DNA of 64,000 nt. Origin: Azolla caroliniana (Eukaryota; Plantae; Polypodiophyta). Positions within the stretch are counted from its first letter, which is position 1. Each line of letters opens with the position of its first letter. The notes below the pieces were generated by a model, which had not been told where the DNA came from, searched no databases, and worked only from the letters and a program-made list of their open reading frames with translations. Position numbers and translations under genes: made by a program. The DNA lies in contig JBHGNT010000001.1 in NCBI GenBank assembly GCA_043228905.1, forward strand, positions 31,558,001-31,622,000, in the 5' to 3' direction. Positions 1 to 14,000 of this stretch are shown here, one piece after another.

Positions 1-1543
1 GAGGCTTTGATTTCTTAATGACTGCTAAATTTATCATCCCTCCTACATTAACAAATTTAGGAATACATATAAATTTGAAGCTTGAATTGGTTGAAATTCG
101 CAACCTCGGGAAAAGGATCATTTTCACTACAAGGGAGTTAGTTTATTTTCAAAATATATAGGTTGAGATTTATGAAATTACAATTGATACTTTTTTTACT
201 TTCAAAAAGTAAACAAAGTTCTTTCACGAACTAAGAATTCTTAATTCTAACTGGCATAAGTCTTCTATGTATTTGAGCATTATACGTCTTTTATTTAATG
301 TTATCTAAAACTTCAAACCCTACTTAGCTAGTGATTGGTTGTTTTTTCAAACTTTCATGACTTTCATTAGGAAATGCGCATGAAAATCGTGATATGTTAT
401 CACGACATTAGAAAATGGTACTGAAAAAGGAGGTTTTTAGTGGGGACCTAGCATCAGTCCAAAAGACTAATTAAAGATCAAATTTTCATAGGAGAATTAC
501 TACTATGCTTTATTTCCATTCGAAATATTCTATCACTATATTGCTAAAATACTACAAGGGATTAAAGAACAAATGGCAACTTTGTAGTGGTGATTCCCAT
601 CTCATTGTTTGCTTATACTTGAAAGTGAGGACAAAGGTATGTGAATGAATTGTGGAGAGAAATGTTTGCTAGTTTTTGTGGAGAGAAATGACAAAATGGA
701 ATGGCAATATATACCCCCGTGATGGTTGTTCCCTCCATAGGTGGAGGTTCATTTCAATTTTGACATAAGGGGGGATATCCGCCACTAAAATGTACCATTA
801 TAGGTTTGTATTTGCTTATTGCATTGGTAATGGAAACTATGGTGTAGTTTATGTTAAAAATAGGTATGCGAATGAATTGATGGAAGGCAACTTTAAAGTG
901 GCAATGCACAAACATCTAATTATTTCCTAATTATATTAAGAATGGCCTCTCTTTAATTCCTTGAATTATTGGAAAAATAAAAATTATCCTTTGGGTGGGT
1001 TGGCAAAGGTGCGTTAATATGATAGATTCAGGTGTACATTTAAAATCCTTTAAATTGAATGCACGTGGTATGCTTAAAAATCAATGCAACATCTCAACTT
1101 CTAAATTATTTGAGTGTCCTACCTCCACTTGAGGAGAGCTCCTCTCCCATACAAAACATTAATCAAGGTTCAATTCTATAACAACAAATGATGTTGCATT
1201 TCCAGATACTTGACCTTCACACATAACCGACATATTTAACAATGTTTTAGTGACATAGCCACTCTATAACTAGAACCATTGTAAATTTGTATTTTGTATG
1301 TTTATTCTACAAAGACACACAATATATGTCAAAGTTTACCAAGTGACTCATACATTGTACTTGTAGTTTGTTGGTTTATACCTAGTATTCATCGATATCT
1401 AGGCATATATCAAACACGGGATTACATTCAAATAATAAAAGTTTGGGATCGTTTATGCGTTATATTCAATGTGGATAGTTAGATTATAGATAATGTCGCA
1501 ATATTATACATCATATTGGCCACATTAAAGTTCATGTTAGCAC

Positions 1544-1545
<2 letters not shown>

Positions 1546-1582
<37 letters not shown>
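1546..1582. repeat. (TG)n microsatellite
   Basis: Perfect TG dinucleotide run. Confidence 0.95.
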
Positions 1583-1587
<5 letters not shown>

Positions 1588-2307
1588 AATGCATATATAA
1601 TAATATAAGGAAAATTGGCACCAAGTCAAACCCGCATGTTGCAACATGTTCTCAATGAAGACCTCAAATGATAGTGTAGTCGTGCATGTGCTAGCCACCA
1701 CAACAACATAAAAGGAAGATTAACTTTCATGGCCACGAGCTATAACTTGGACATATCATTATAATATGACAATAACGGTAGGTCCACACAACGTCAAATT
1801 TATAGTGTCTAACATGCATACATGGTCATGAACTGATCAATATTGGAAAAGCTCAATATAACCATACATAATTCACAAGCTCCCATAATTAAGACACATG
1901 TTGCCAGTATTTCTTAACAACAAAGTTACTAACTAACCTCCACATGCATCACCTTCATGAAAGTGGTCACTCATGAGTCATGTGGCACAGCCAAGGCACT
2001 AATAGCGACCGGCCATGATGACACCGTTTCCTCATAATTTGATGGTAGATTCGGCGAGAAGAATTTTTAACTTCGGTCCATGAGTGTGCCGAGATTCCCA
2101 TCGAATTTGAAGAGAAGGGGGGGGGGGGGGCAATTGTTTTAGCATCATTGCCCAATCGACTTATTGAAACAACAAACTTTATTTATGTGTGTGAATTGTA
2201 TATTCATTATATTGTTACAATTTTGTAATGTTTAGGATGATGTATTTATGTATGTAAAGTTGGCATCAATATAACCACCTCTCCTTTTTCACTTAATCTT
2301 GACAATT

Positions 2308-2309
<2 letters not shown>

Positions 2310-2367
<58 letters not shown>
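2310..2367. repeat. (GA)n microsatellite upstream of trihelix gene
   Basis: Perfect GA run about 220 bp before the inferred ATG at 2589. Confidence 0.95.
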
Positions 2368-2368
<1 letters not shown>

Positions 2369-2588
2369 AATGTTTGCATTACCACTATTGAGTTACGCAC
2401 TTTATCATGACCTAATTCATGATAACTAGCGTTAAAATAAAAAACATATACGCCCTCTAATCTGATTGTAAATATTGATCATCTAAATTACCTCGTAAAA
2501 ATCACACCCAATTATCTTGTCATCCTTTGAATAATATAATTCTTGATCATCAGCATCTCTTTTCATTAAAATCCTTTGATTTCCATTC

Positions 2589-4739
2589 ATGTCGATTGAT
2601 CCGGCTCCTGGACATCATTCAGCGCTGGCCACTAATCTGCCCGGTATATAACACCTACATGGCTCTGCTCATTTCACGAATACTTGATTGACTTCAATAT
2701 CTCTCTCCTTCTTTCCTTTTTAGATGGGTTTTAAGTACAGTTTTTCACATAATTAAACTTCAATTCATTACCAATTCATTACTTCCTTTTTGTTTGGTAA
2801 AACAAAACTAGATACTGAAATAAGTAGTTCCAAATTTTATACACTTCTTCTTCATCATCATCATCTTCTTCTTCTTCGTTGTGAGGTTATATTAATAACA
2901 ACGGATGAATTAATGGTTTATTTCTATATGCAATAGATTTATTTTGTTGTGGGTGTCAATGAGGATGAAACTGTAACTAATTAGCTTCTTCTTCTTTTTT
3001 GTAAAGCTGTTGGTGCAGGGGAGCATGGAGATGATGAAAGGGGATCATATATTTGTAAATCAGATGATGGTCTAGGAAGTACTAAGGATCATCCAATCTC
3101 TACTACTGCATTAGCGATGGTGAATAATCCTGTGATGAAGCATAGTAGTGGTAGTATTTGTAACAGCAACAGATGGGGCATTATCAGTAATGATAATGAT
3201 GCCCCACCTGGCCCCTTCAATGATTCTCGGCTGAATCTAAATCCCCACACAATTCATAAGCCATCATCAGGAGTCGTGGCAACAGACCATGATTGGCTGG
3301 AACATAGTAACCCTAGATTCGATCAGACTACTACTACTACCACCACTACACCTAGGGTTAACCATCGCTCCCTGCCATCGGAAAATGACCATGAATCCGA
3401 TCATAACAACAACAATATGCGGAGGCCACAGGGTACTCGATATTCTCAACACCAACAAACTAGCAACCCTAGTCTCGGAGTTGAACTACCTGCATCGAAT
3501 TCTTCCCCTTCCTCAAAGAAGAAGCACAAGCTGCACAAGAAGAAGGAGGAGGTGGAGGTGCAGGAGGAGGAGATGAACAGGGTGAGCAAAAGAAAGGAGA
3601 GGAAGATATTGGCCATGAAAGAGTACCTCCTGTTCTTCCATGATGCAATGGAGAGGCTTGTAGAGAAGCAAGAGGAGATGCAACAGAAGTTCCTGGAGGC
3701 TCTGGAGAGGAGGGATGAAGAAAGAGTGGCGAGGGAGGAGGCATTGAAGAGGCAAGAGATGGCGAGGTTGATCGTAGAACACGACATGAGGGTGCGGGAA
3801 ATCGTCGTCTCGGCATCGCGAGACTCCTCATTGATCGAGTTCCTTCACAAAGCCGCGGCACATGAACAAGGCTTAATCAATCTCTCCAATGCAAATGTGT
3901 CATTCAATTATATACCTCCCATTCCTGACAACATTGTCGTACATGCCCCATGTGTAAGCACCCACCAAGATCAACAACAACCAGATACATTGGTGCCCTT
4001 TAGTACTATTGATTATGCTGCAACAGCTCCTAAGGTTAAGTCTAGTAGACTTACTACTACTGCACACAATGTTAGGGTGTCACAAGAATCTGAGGCCTCA
4101 CATGATTTGAATAAGAAGGAAGTCCCAGGCTTGACACATGGTACAAAGAGATGGCCGACACTTGAGGTCTTGGCATTGATCAAGCTCAGGACTAAGCTCA
4201 ACAAGAGGTTCCATGAGCCTGGGTCAAAGGCCTTCCTCTGGGAAGAGATCTCGGCCGAGATGGGTTCGCAAGGATTCAATCGCCCACCGAAACGATGCAA
4301 AGAAAAATGGGAGAACATCAACAAATACTTCAAGAAAGCTAAAGAGAGTAAGAAGACGAGGTCCGAAAATGCCAACACTTGCCCTTATTTCCATCATCTC
4401 AATGCACTCTACAAGCAAGGGCTTCTAGGTAGTGGGAAGCATGTATCCAACATGAATGTCAAGGATAGGTCCCCAAAGACAGGTATATTGGGAGGAAATG
4501 AGTCTTCTGCTCTGAATGTGGAAGAGATTAAACATCCTTCGAAGGATCCTGCCGCGGTTAGTGACGACGAGTCACAAGGTAGTGAAACAGAGCAAGATAT
4601 ATCTGTACCTTGTGTGGGTAGTATGAGGAATGATGAAGCATTGACAATGTTGTCTAGTGTCAGCTCTAACATAATAGCTAAGAGCAATATGTTAGCAACC
4701 AGTAATAATAAGCCTTATCAGATCACTACACAAATATGA
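2589..4739 (+). CDS. Trihelix transcription factor, GT-2/GTL-like (coiled coil plus C-terminal Myb/SANT-like trihelix domain); exons 2589-2643 and 3019-4739
   Basis: ORF 3117..4739 has a central coiled coil (QEEMQQKFLEALERRDEERVAREEA) and a trihelix domain (KRWPTLEVLALIKLR..LWEEISAEM..GFNRPPKRCKEKWENINKYFKK..TCPYFHHLNALY). The frame stays open back to a TGCAG acceptor at 3018. A small upstream exon (MSIDPAPGHHSALATNLP-G|GT) joins it in phase 1; this exon is less certain than the family call. Confidence 0.9.
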
Positions 4740-5785
4740 GATGAGAAACAGCTTGATGATGGTGTCACCCCCTTGTAAGCAATATGTGATCAATGCTTGG
4801 AAATTTGACAAGTTTAAAAAAACATTTAAGTGGATTTGAGCTTACTCTTGAGACAAACATAACTGTAAGCTAGTCTGTATTACTAAAGGTTAGATTAATC
4901 AAAGAATTCAGGAACCTTACACTTCAGGAAACCTTACAACTTGTTGGTTAATCCAACAATGAAATCAGCTTTGCATTCGTAGTATCTAGTCGTCTAGGCC
5001 GAGAGTAGTATATCTCATTGAATCTCTCAAAAACACATTTGTAACATTTGTAAATTAGTATGCCATCAATGGATTTTTTTATGTGAACTAAAAGATTTAT
5101 CGTTTTGGGTGTAGCATATATACTAAATGAACAAACTGCAATAGACTATTGGTTACATACAGTAACTTCCTTCTCATATCAGTATGTGGCTTCACATAGA
5201 TCACATTGGTGACATGGTCACGGAAGATATTGACATTGACTTATAAATCAATCAATTATATAGGCCACTCCTAAATGTCTAAGTTTCCTAGTGAGGAATT
5301 GGAACATATCATGTTAGACAAAGAATTAAGTAACTCTTGTATGTTTATGGATGACTGTTGTCACGATGTAAACTATTCTAAACGCAATTGTAGATTGAGT
5401 TTACTGATAAAAAACCATTAATCAGTTTATTTCTGTCTTATTGTTATTCTACACCAAGTATTGGCATAATTGTATGCTGTTCTGATTGTGATTAGTTGTT
5501 GCACTATATGATGTTTGATATCATCTACATATCTGAATCATTCAATTAGAACAAAATACACTCATCAAAATAAGTTGCGCTAACGTCAAAATTGTTTTTG
5601 CGGCCAGCATTTAATCTGCAAAAATGTCCACCACTGGCCTGTTGTATGTTTAGAAACGAACAAACATTTTGTATAGTAGCCTTGCACATTGTAAGGCCTC
5701 TTACTTCTTCGTTTCGAGCCTGAGACGCATGAAATGCAGTTTAATTCCCTGCTCTTTTGTTCAGACAACATATTCTTGGCCCTCC

Positions 5786-8700
5786 TTAATCTCTCTTCGT
5801 AACAGCATACGAAATCTTTACTGGTCTTCCAAGGAGCTCCTTCTGATCCATCTTGATAGCCTTCTCTAACGACAAATCATCTGAAAAATCAACATGCCCA
5901 TATCCACGGAAATTGCCCGTTTTTCTATCAACTGCTAATCGGACGTTGTCTATGTTGCAACCCTTCAAGAATCGCTTGATATCAACTTTCTGCACATTCC
6001 AATCAAGATTGCCAATATAAACCGATAATGAATCTCCTTCCCTCTTTGGTGGCTCACGTATAAGCTTTTCAACCTTCTCTTTCAGTGCACTTTCAACCTT
6101 GATGCAGCGGTTACCCCTAAAGACAGAAGGTGATTGTACTACTTAGAAAAATAATAGTAAACAAGCTAAAGATGACCGACCTTCACCATAAAAGAATATG
6201 GATAATCTTACATGTGATGTCCATCAAAACCAAGTGCTTTAGATGCAGCACTAGCTTCCTGCATTTAACAGGTATTGTTAACATTGCTTCATTGGATTTA
6301 AAGACTCAAAACACATAGTTTGCTCCAATTAACATTACAATCAAGTCAAGAAATTTAGAGAGTATTCACCCCTATATTTTCCAAAATATGAGGGTATGCT
6401 CATCTGAATTAGGAGTTTCTAATCTCAAGGTTTTATTAGATGAGCTATCCCCAAATCTCTTGCATACAAGTTTTTTTGGCGTCCATATGTTGGAAATATA
6501 TGCACATGTCCATTAACTTCTCATCTTGGCTTGAAATTTTGGCCTTGTATAATTCTCTGCATTTAATAAAGGTTGTTTATCTTTTTGTTCTCATGGGTAG
6601 TGATGATGTCTCCAACACGACATTCCACTCCAAGCATATGAGCAACGATCTGCAATTACTCCTTGTGCACTCACTCAAAGAAACACACTCATGTGTGAAA
6701 TGATTAACATAAGAGAAGAAGAGACTATGGACCAAGAAAACCTATGTATTGATTAAGGAATAAGAAAGAAGCAAAGAGAATGGTCGTTGCGGGAATTCAC
6801 TCTCAATGATCTACTAACCCACCAAGCTACTACTTAGTGTGAGGGTTGTCTAAATATACAATATCAAGAAACTTAAAATAACATCCCTTCGGTTTGTAAA
6901 TGACTCTTAATGTAAAGAGGGGTAGGGGAGGTAAAAAGCAACTCTGGATGCCTTTTCCATTGGATCTCCCTCTATTCTTGATGTGCGTTTACTCTCTTCT
7001 GACCCTAACTATAACATTATAATGCCATTAACATGTCCCCCTCCCAGACGGCCACCAATCTTCCATTTGAAAAGAAACAAAGAAATTCTAAAACCAGAAC
7101 CAGGACTCTATCAGACTCTACAATCACTTTACTCTTACATTCATCTTTGACAAATTCTGTTCAAGTTACTCTGATTTACTTTGTTTTAGGCATGAAGGTT
7201 CGAGTACACAACTTGCTGTAATAAGTTGGTAGTTATGAATGGTTTGAATACTATCATTTCAAACAGTTTCTTTTTTTCACAATTAATGAATGTTGTTGTG
7301 GGGCATTCTATCACATGTATCATATTAGAGATATTCAATGGTTGGGGGGGTTTTACCCCTTTGCTTAAGGGTTATAGCGGCCAAACGTTTTAGAAATTCT
7401 CTAGCCTCAAGTTGGCCCATACTTGGAGAGGTTGGGTGCATCTCGATCCTTGCCCACCAACCCAAGTGGAATTATATCTCATCTTGTCTTTGAATTGTAT
7501 TTCTTAGATTTTTCTATTGCCACTGAAGATGAACAACATAACAAGGACCTTCATTATGACTTCTTATTTATAAAGTGCCACGCATGGGTATAGTAAAGAG
7601 CCGCAGCATAGAACACTCTCTAAGAATGACCTTTTATTCCACAGAGTTCACAAACATCATTTCCTTATCTACAATATCTACTTTTTCAACCTCCCCGCTT
7701 TTTCCTCTCGTCCTAATATGCAGAAGAATTAATTTCATCATTCAATGGGGTATCTCTGGAGTTAACGGGACTCCTAAAACCAATGAAGTTCCTTGCATTA
7801 CAGTCTACAGATAGGATTATAGTCGATAGTCGATAGTCGAATTAATTTCATTAACTATTTCTCTTTTTATGTATAAGATTATCTCGGACAAACTACACAT
7901 CGCACGTATGTGAGGTCATACTTTGGTTCGTGTATATTGATATACGGGGGGATGTCTTTTAAAGATTGCCTTTGGTTTTGGGAAACTTTATAAAAAAGAA
8001 TTAGACATAAAAAAACTTACTGGAAAACTTACCAAAAAGAATCAGACATAATAAAATACCTTGAAATTAAGAATGCTCATTTAAGTAAATGTAAGTAACC
8101 AGAAACCTATACCTTAAAAGTGATGATGGCAAGACCACTGAAGCGCTGGGTATCAGGAAACTTCATACAAATGATTCGACCAATTTCACCACATTCAGAA
8201 AAATAATTCAAAATGTTCTCCTCAGTTGTATCATATGGCATTCCCCCCACAGAAATTGCTTTACTTTCATATTCATCTGCATGTCTGATAAATAAAAGTA
8301 TGCATATTAACCCCATATATTGCAACTAACCTGTAAAGTTCACATTCATATTGATCCAAACAAATCAATAAAAATACATGTACCTCTCCTCATACTTGAA
8401 ATTTTCAGTCTTCAATACATGTTTACATATATTATATAGAAGCAAGATGAAGTAAATTTCCTCGAATTTTAATAGAAATTTTCTTTCCAAAACACATACA
8501 TTCATGGCATCCCCATGTTCAAGGAAACTTCTTCACCATCTATAATTTTATTTCCATACCAACACTCCTTGAAAACATCAAATGTCTTTGATCATGGAGG
8601 TCAATGTAATGTTTTCCAAAACACACAGACACACACACCCCTTGAAATGATATACATTCATTACATTGCCCTTCAAATCAAGAAAACTAACCTTTGAGGG

Positions 8701-10005
8701 TCTTTATCATCTACAATTGTATCTCCAGTATTATCTATATCTTCATGTGTCTGTTGCGCATTCTCAGTATCATTAATTATTTGACCCCATCGATCTCTTT
8801 TCTTCTTCTTTTTCTTCACCATTATCTCTTTTTCTTCTATATCATCAACGTGAACTTCCCCAGATTCTTGCAAACCAACTGGGACATCCTTCTCCTTCCT
8901 TTTCTTCAGAATCTTTGCATTGTCTTTGCTTTTCTTTTCTTTATCTTTGCTTTTCTTTTCTTTATCTTTGCTTTGCTGCTCTGTCACTTCAATTCTGTTA
9001 AATTAATTCAAGTGCAAAACAGATTTTTGGTTCATTGTTCTCCTCTAGAAACTGATTCTTTTAAAAGTCACTACTAGTTTTCCAATCAAATAAGACATAT
9101 AATATCATCATTTATAATTTTATCTCCGATTCAGCGCTGCTTGACGATATGAAATGTCATCAGTCATGGAAAACGCTGTGTTGTTTTCCAAACACACATA
9201 CACCCTGAAAAGACATACGTTCATGACATTGCCTTTCAATTCAAAAAAACTAACCTTCTAGAATCGTTATCATCTACAATTGTATCTTGAGCATTATCCG
9301 TAACTTCGTGTGACTCTTGCCTGTTCTCAGTATCATCAATTATTTGACCCCATCGATCTCTCTTCTTCTTTTTCTTCTTTCCCATTTTCTCTTTTTTTTC
9401 TATATCATCAACATTAGCTTCCTTGGATTCTTGCAAACCAAAATCGGCATCCTTCTCCTTCTTTTTCTTCATAATTTTCACTTTGTCTTTGCTTTTCTTC
9501 TCTGTCACTTTGATTCTGTTAAATTAAATCAAATGCAAAACGATTTTTTTGTTCAATGTTCTTGTCTAGGAGCTGATTCTTTCAGTAGGTCACTGTTAGT
9601 GCTCCATTTAAATAAGAAACCCTAATAAAAATTACACTGAGAAGTTAACAAAAAATGCACATGCTACTGTTATTGAAGATTAAAATCCTGTTATTGCTAA
9701 TAAGAATAACCATGGCGATGGAGTGAGAGCAAAGAAAGAAGGAGAGAATCTCATCACTGTTAATTATCTCATGCACCAACGAGGAAACTTTGCGCGATAA
9801 TTAGAAAAGAAGAAGAATATGACTCTCTCTAACTCTGGTTCAAGTTTCAGCTAGAAAATCGCAAACAAATAAAAAATTCAGAGAAACAAGAATAAAAAAG
9901 CAGAAGTAGCTTTCTTTCTTACCTTCCCTCGTGATCCTCCGTTGTATCCTCCAACTGATCATCAGAAACAACCTCGTCATTTCCCTTGTTCGTTTTCTTT
10001 GCCAT
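5786..10005 (-). CDS. Two-RRM RNA-binding protein with Lys/Asp/Glu-rich N-terminus (nucleolin/gar2/PHIP1-like); exons 10005-9923, 9515-9255, 8994-8692, 8284-8113, 6258-6212, 6116-5786
   Basis: RRM1 (ISVGGMPYDTTEE..FPDTQRFSGLAIITFK|EASAASKALGFDGHHM) and RRM2 (VYIGNLDW..KTGNFRGYGHVDF..GRPVKISYAV). All junctions are GT-AG with consistent phases. Confidence 0.88.
8600..9620 (-). repeat. Tandem duplication of one coding exon plus flanking intron sequence
   Basis: Copies at about 8600-9095 and 9170-9620 share KKKKKKRDRWGQII, the acceptor context (TTTAACAG) and the donor (AG|GTTAG). Confidence 0.9.
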
Positions 10006-10054
10006 GTCTGACGGAGGACGGCGGGTCTGTCTGATGTCTGTCTGTCTGTGTTCT

Positions 10055-10090
<36 letters not shown>

Positions 10091-11088
10091 CAGGAACCAT
10101 AGACGCGTCGCACACACACAGGTCACAGCTGAATGCTTTCACACTCTCTCATTAGTAACAACAGTCCACCATGAGAAAACCCATGCTTGGGCTCTCTCTC
10201 TCTCGCCAATTTTGGTCTTAGAAGACGTTAATATGTATGTATATCTTTCTTTCTTTCTTTCTCTCTCTCCCTCTCTCTCTCTCTACTGCCAATGGGTCCT
10301 AACACCTTACACTTCATAGCAAATCAAATCGCCTCCCATATGCTTGTTTTTCCCAAATACTCGAAAAATTATGCATCTTCACGAGTCTGCCCCGCACCTG
10401 GCCGTAAAGCCTCATGCGTCTTCACAAATGGAATTAATTATTGCGTTCGGGCTCATCGTATCTCTAGACGACCCGTTAACTTCATTAACCTAATATTCAT
10501 ATGTTAAGGATGATCTTTTTAGTTTCACTCGTTCTACAATGTATAGCCTAACACAGGTAGGTCTACAATTTTGATTGTGGACCATTGATAGAATGTCACC
10601 AAGGACTACCAACTATTGCTTTTCCATGAAGATCCCAACCTTCTCCTTAAAGAAACGCATTACCACAATTGAAGGTTGAGTGTCAACACACATAACTTGG
10701 ACGAAAGGAAATTCTACAAACAACCATGTGATTCATAAGATTCAATGAGGTTACACCTTCCTTATGTTTAGGTTTGCAACTATTACAACATTAGGTGATT
10801 GCAAAACAAATCACACACAACGTGACTCTCTTGCCAACATTTAAATTATAGTCATATTGCTCCATGTCCTAAACTTTTCCCTTGAATTCATACATGGGCT
10901 ATATATTGATCTCGTGCCTCTACAAAACATGAGATTAATGCCATGTTAGAACTACCTTCATTTCTTTATAAACCCCTCTTGGTTGCAATTTGAGTTGAAG
11001 AGGGCATGCTACATCACAAACAATCTTCTATGACCATGATGGCAACAAGGGATAGAACAGAGGGGTTCTAATAGGTTGAACAACTTTA

Positions 11089-14000
11089 TGTAAAAACAAA
11101 TAGCGTGCGGAAGCAATAAAAAATAGAAAACAGAGAACAGGTTTAATGGAGAGCTTAATAGTACGCGGTGTCGCGTTACTACGCGCGTGCGTGGAGAAAC
11201 GAGGCGGGACCGCCGGGGTCTTAAACCGAAGAGCAGGTGATAGGAGGGGAAAGAGAAAGAGAGAGACGACCGGTTACGTATGAGCAAAGAACACAGGGAC
11301 ACGGCCCGTCAACGCAAAAAACACGAATGGACACAGAGACAAAGAGACACGAAAGTTTGTATATTAACGAATAACAAATACACAACAGAGCACACGAGCG
11401 GTTACAACCGAACAGGCCGGCGAACAGATGCCGATGCCTATTCGTCTACGCACGAAAGGGAAAAAGGATGGAGGTGTTGCCAGAAGCACACGGGCGTTCC
11501 TCGAAGCAGCGCGAGCCTCCCGAAAACCTGCAGAGAAGAGAGATGGAGAACAAATAGAGGAGAAGCGTTCGGTTACGGTCCGACAACACTTCGTCCTCCT
11601 CAATGCGCGATCCCCTTTTCCCCCGCGTCTCCCTCTCTTTTATAGCTTCAAGAAGGGAGTCGTCTCCCTCATTTACTTCCCACCTACCGAATCTAACTAC
11701 CCAAGATACACCTATGTACCTAATTCTCTATTATATACATTAAGGGGCGCGCACGCATGAAGATCCAGTTCACGCGTGATATGCATCGTTTGCTCTAAGG
11801 GACGGTTTTCTTCACGACAGCGGGAGAGACAGAGAGAGCAGAACAAGAATAACTATTTGAAAAATTATCTCAACACTTTGTACATCGTATGTGTTCAACG
11901 AACACTTTTATACAAGTCCATACGGACTGACAAAAGTACGGTGTACTTCAATGCTCACTCGAGTGTACTTCAATGCTCACTCGAGTGTTTGACACTAACT
12001 ACGAGAGTATTAACTCCCTAGTAGTCTAGCTGCTACTAGGCTTCCGGTTACTAATGGATCCAGCTAACCGGCTCCCCAGCTCACCGGGTGCTCACCGGCT
12101 CAGGCTTATTTAGCCGATTCGGCTCCAATTGAGCTTGCCGCTCAACACTCCCCCTCAAGCTCAACTTGAGGTCCGGTCGTAGTGTCAATGACTGTGGCAA
12201 TCGGTCCTTCTGCCCGGCTCCTTCTGGCGTCACTCCGCCTTGCTCGCACTCCTCGTCCGGTCTGGTTCTGTTTGCCACGACCCCTCTTGTTCTGCGCACC
12301 TCGACCTCCCCGGTTGGCATGTCTGCTCAACAGGCCCAATTCAGCTCCCTCGCAGCTGTGACTTCGGCGCGTGACGGTTCGCCGATTCCTTCGTGTTGGC
12401 GTTGACTTTCGCTGCTTTCTAGTCCTCTTGGCCTTGAATTGATCCGGTCCTTCCGAATCTGTCTGTTGAACCGAATCGATTGTCTCTAATTCGTTCCAGC
12501 TCTTGTCCAAATCGGTCGCTCCCGATTCGTCTTCCGATTCGAGGCCCTTCACCACATCGGACCATGTCCGGGTCTTGGCCTTCTTCCTTCGGTCGGCTAT
12601 GTCCTTCTTGACTCTGCTGCCTCAGCCGCTTGTTCTGACTTGTTCGGATGTGTCGACTTCCTTTGTCGACTCGGCTCCTTTCTTCTTCTTGTCTCTCCTT
12701 TCGTCGGTTCTTCCCTCACCGGCGCAATCGGCAGTCTCTTTGCCTTTGCCCGTTCCGGTGTCTTTGGTCGTTCTCCCCCTCAAGTGTGGCACGTCGAGCT
12801 ACTGAACACCAAGCATTTCGGTGAACTGTTGCAACTTGTCCGATCTGAGTGGTTTGGTGAAGATGTCGGCAACTTGCCGATCCGTGTGAACATACCGAAG
12901 TTCGACCTCATCGCTCAGGACACGCTCATGCACGAAGTGATAGTGCACTTCTATGTGCTTTATGCGAGCATGGAATACAGGGTTCTTGGCGAGTTGCATG
13001 CTGCTTATGTTATCGCAATAGATCAGAATCGGGGTCGGTACCTCGATCCGTAGGTCTTGCAGTAGTCGCCGAAGCCAAATGGCTTCACAGGTGGCAATGG
13101 TAGCGCCCCGATACTCAGCCTCAATGCTCGACAGAGCAACTGTTGGCTGCTTTTTGCTGCTCCACGCAACAGTCGCGCTACCTAGGGAAAACATATAACC
13201 GAAGGTTGATCGGCAATCTGATGCATCGTCGGCCCAGTTGGCATCTGTGTAACCAACCAGCTCTTCGGTTATATCTCGCCAGTATAACAGTCCCCGGTCC
13301 TTCGTGCCGCTCACATACCGCAGTATTCGGTGCGCGCACTGAAGATGCTCTACGGTCAGCTTCTGCATGAATTGGCTAATCACACCGACTGGATAGCTAA
13401 TGTCGGGTCGGGTGATGGTCAAATATATAAGGCTTCCAACAATTTGTCAGAACCGTATCTCATCGCAAGCCAGTCCGGAGTCGGGACGGAGCTTCTAGCT
13501 CCGGTCCAGGGGAGTAGAGATAGGCCGGCATTCTGTCATGCCAAACTTGTACAGCATATTCAACACATAGTGCCTTTGTGAGAGCAATATGTCGTCGGGG
13601 GTTCGGATCACCTCAATCCCAAGAAAATAATGAAGGTCCCCCAGGTCCTTCATCTCAAACGCATCCGACAACTAGGACTTGACTCGGTTGATTTCATCGA
13701 GTCCAGGTCCGGTGATGACCAGATCATCAACATACAACAAGACGCAAACCGAACCGTCCAGACCTTGCCGGATGAACAATGAAGAGTCGGACTTGGAGGC
13801 CACAAACCCCATCTTACGCAACCGATGCATGATCTTCACATTCCAAGCTCGGGGGTCTTGCTTCAGGCCATAAAGTGACTTCTTTAGCCGGCATACCGCT
13901 GACTTGTTCATCTCCATCTGGAAACTGGGGGGTTGTATCATAAAGAACTCTTCTTCAAGATCTCCTCGAAGAAATGCATTCTTCACATCTATCTGGTGAA

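Noticed and set aside
3267-4687. Multiple antisense and alternate-frame ORFs over the trihelix gene
   Set aside because: Shadows of a real GC-richer, low-complexity CDS with no independent motifs. The same applies to ORFs overlapping the retroelements and other genes.
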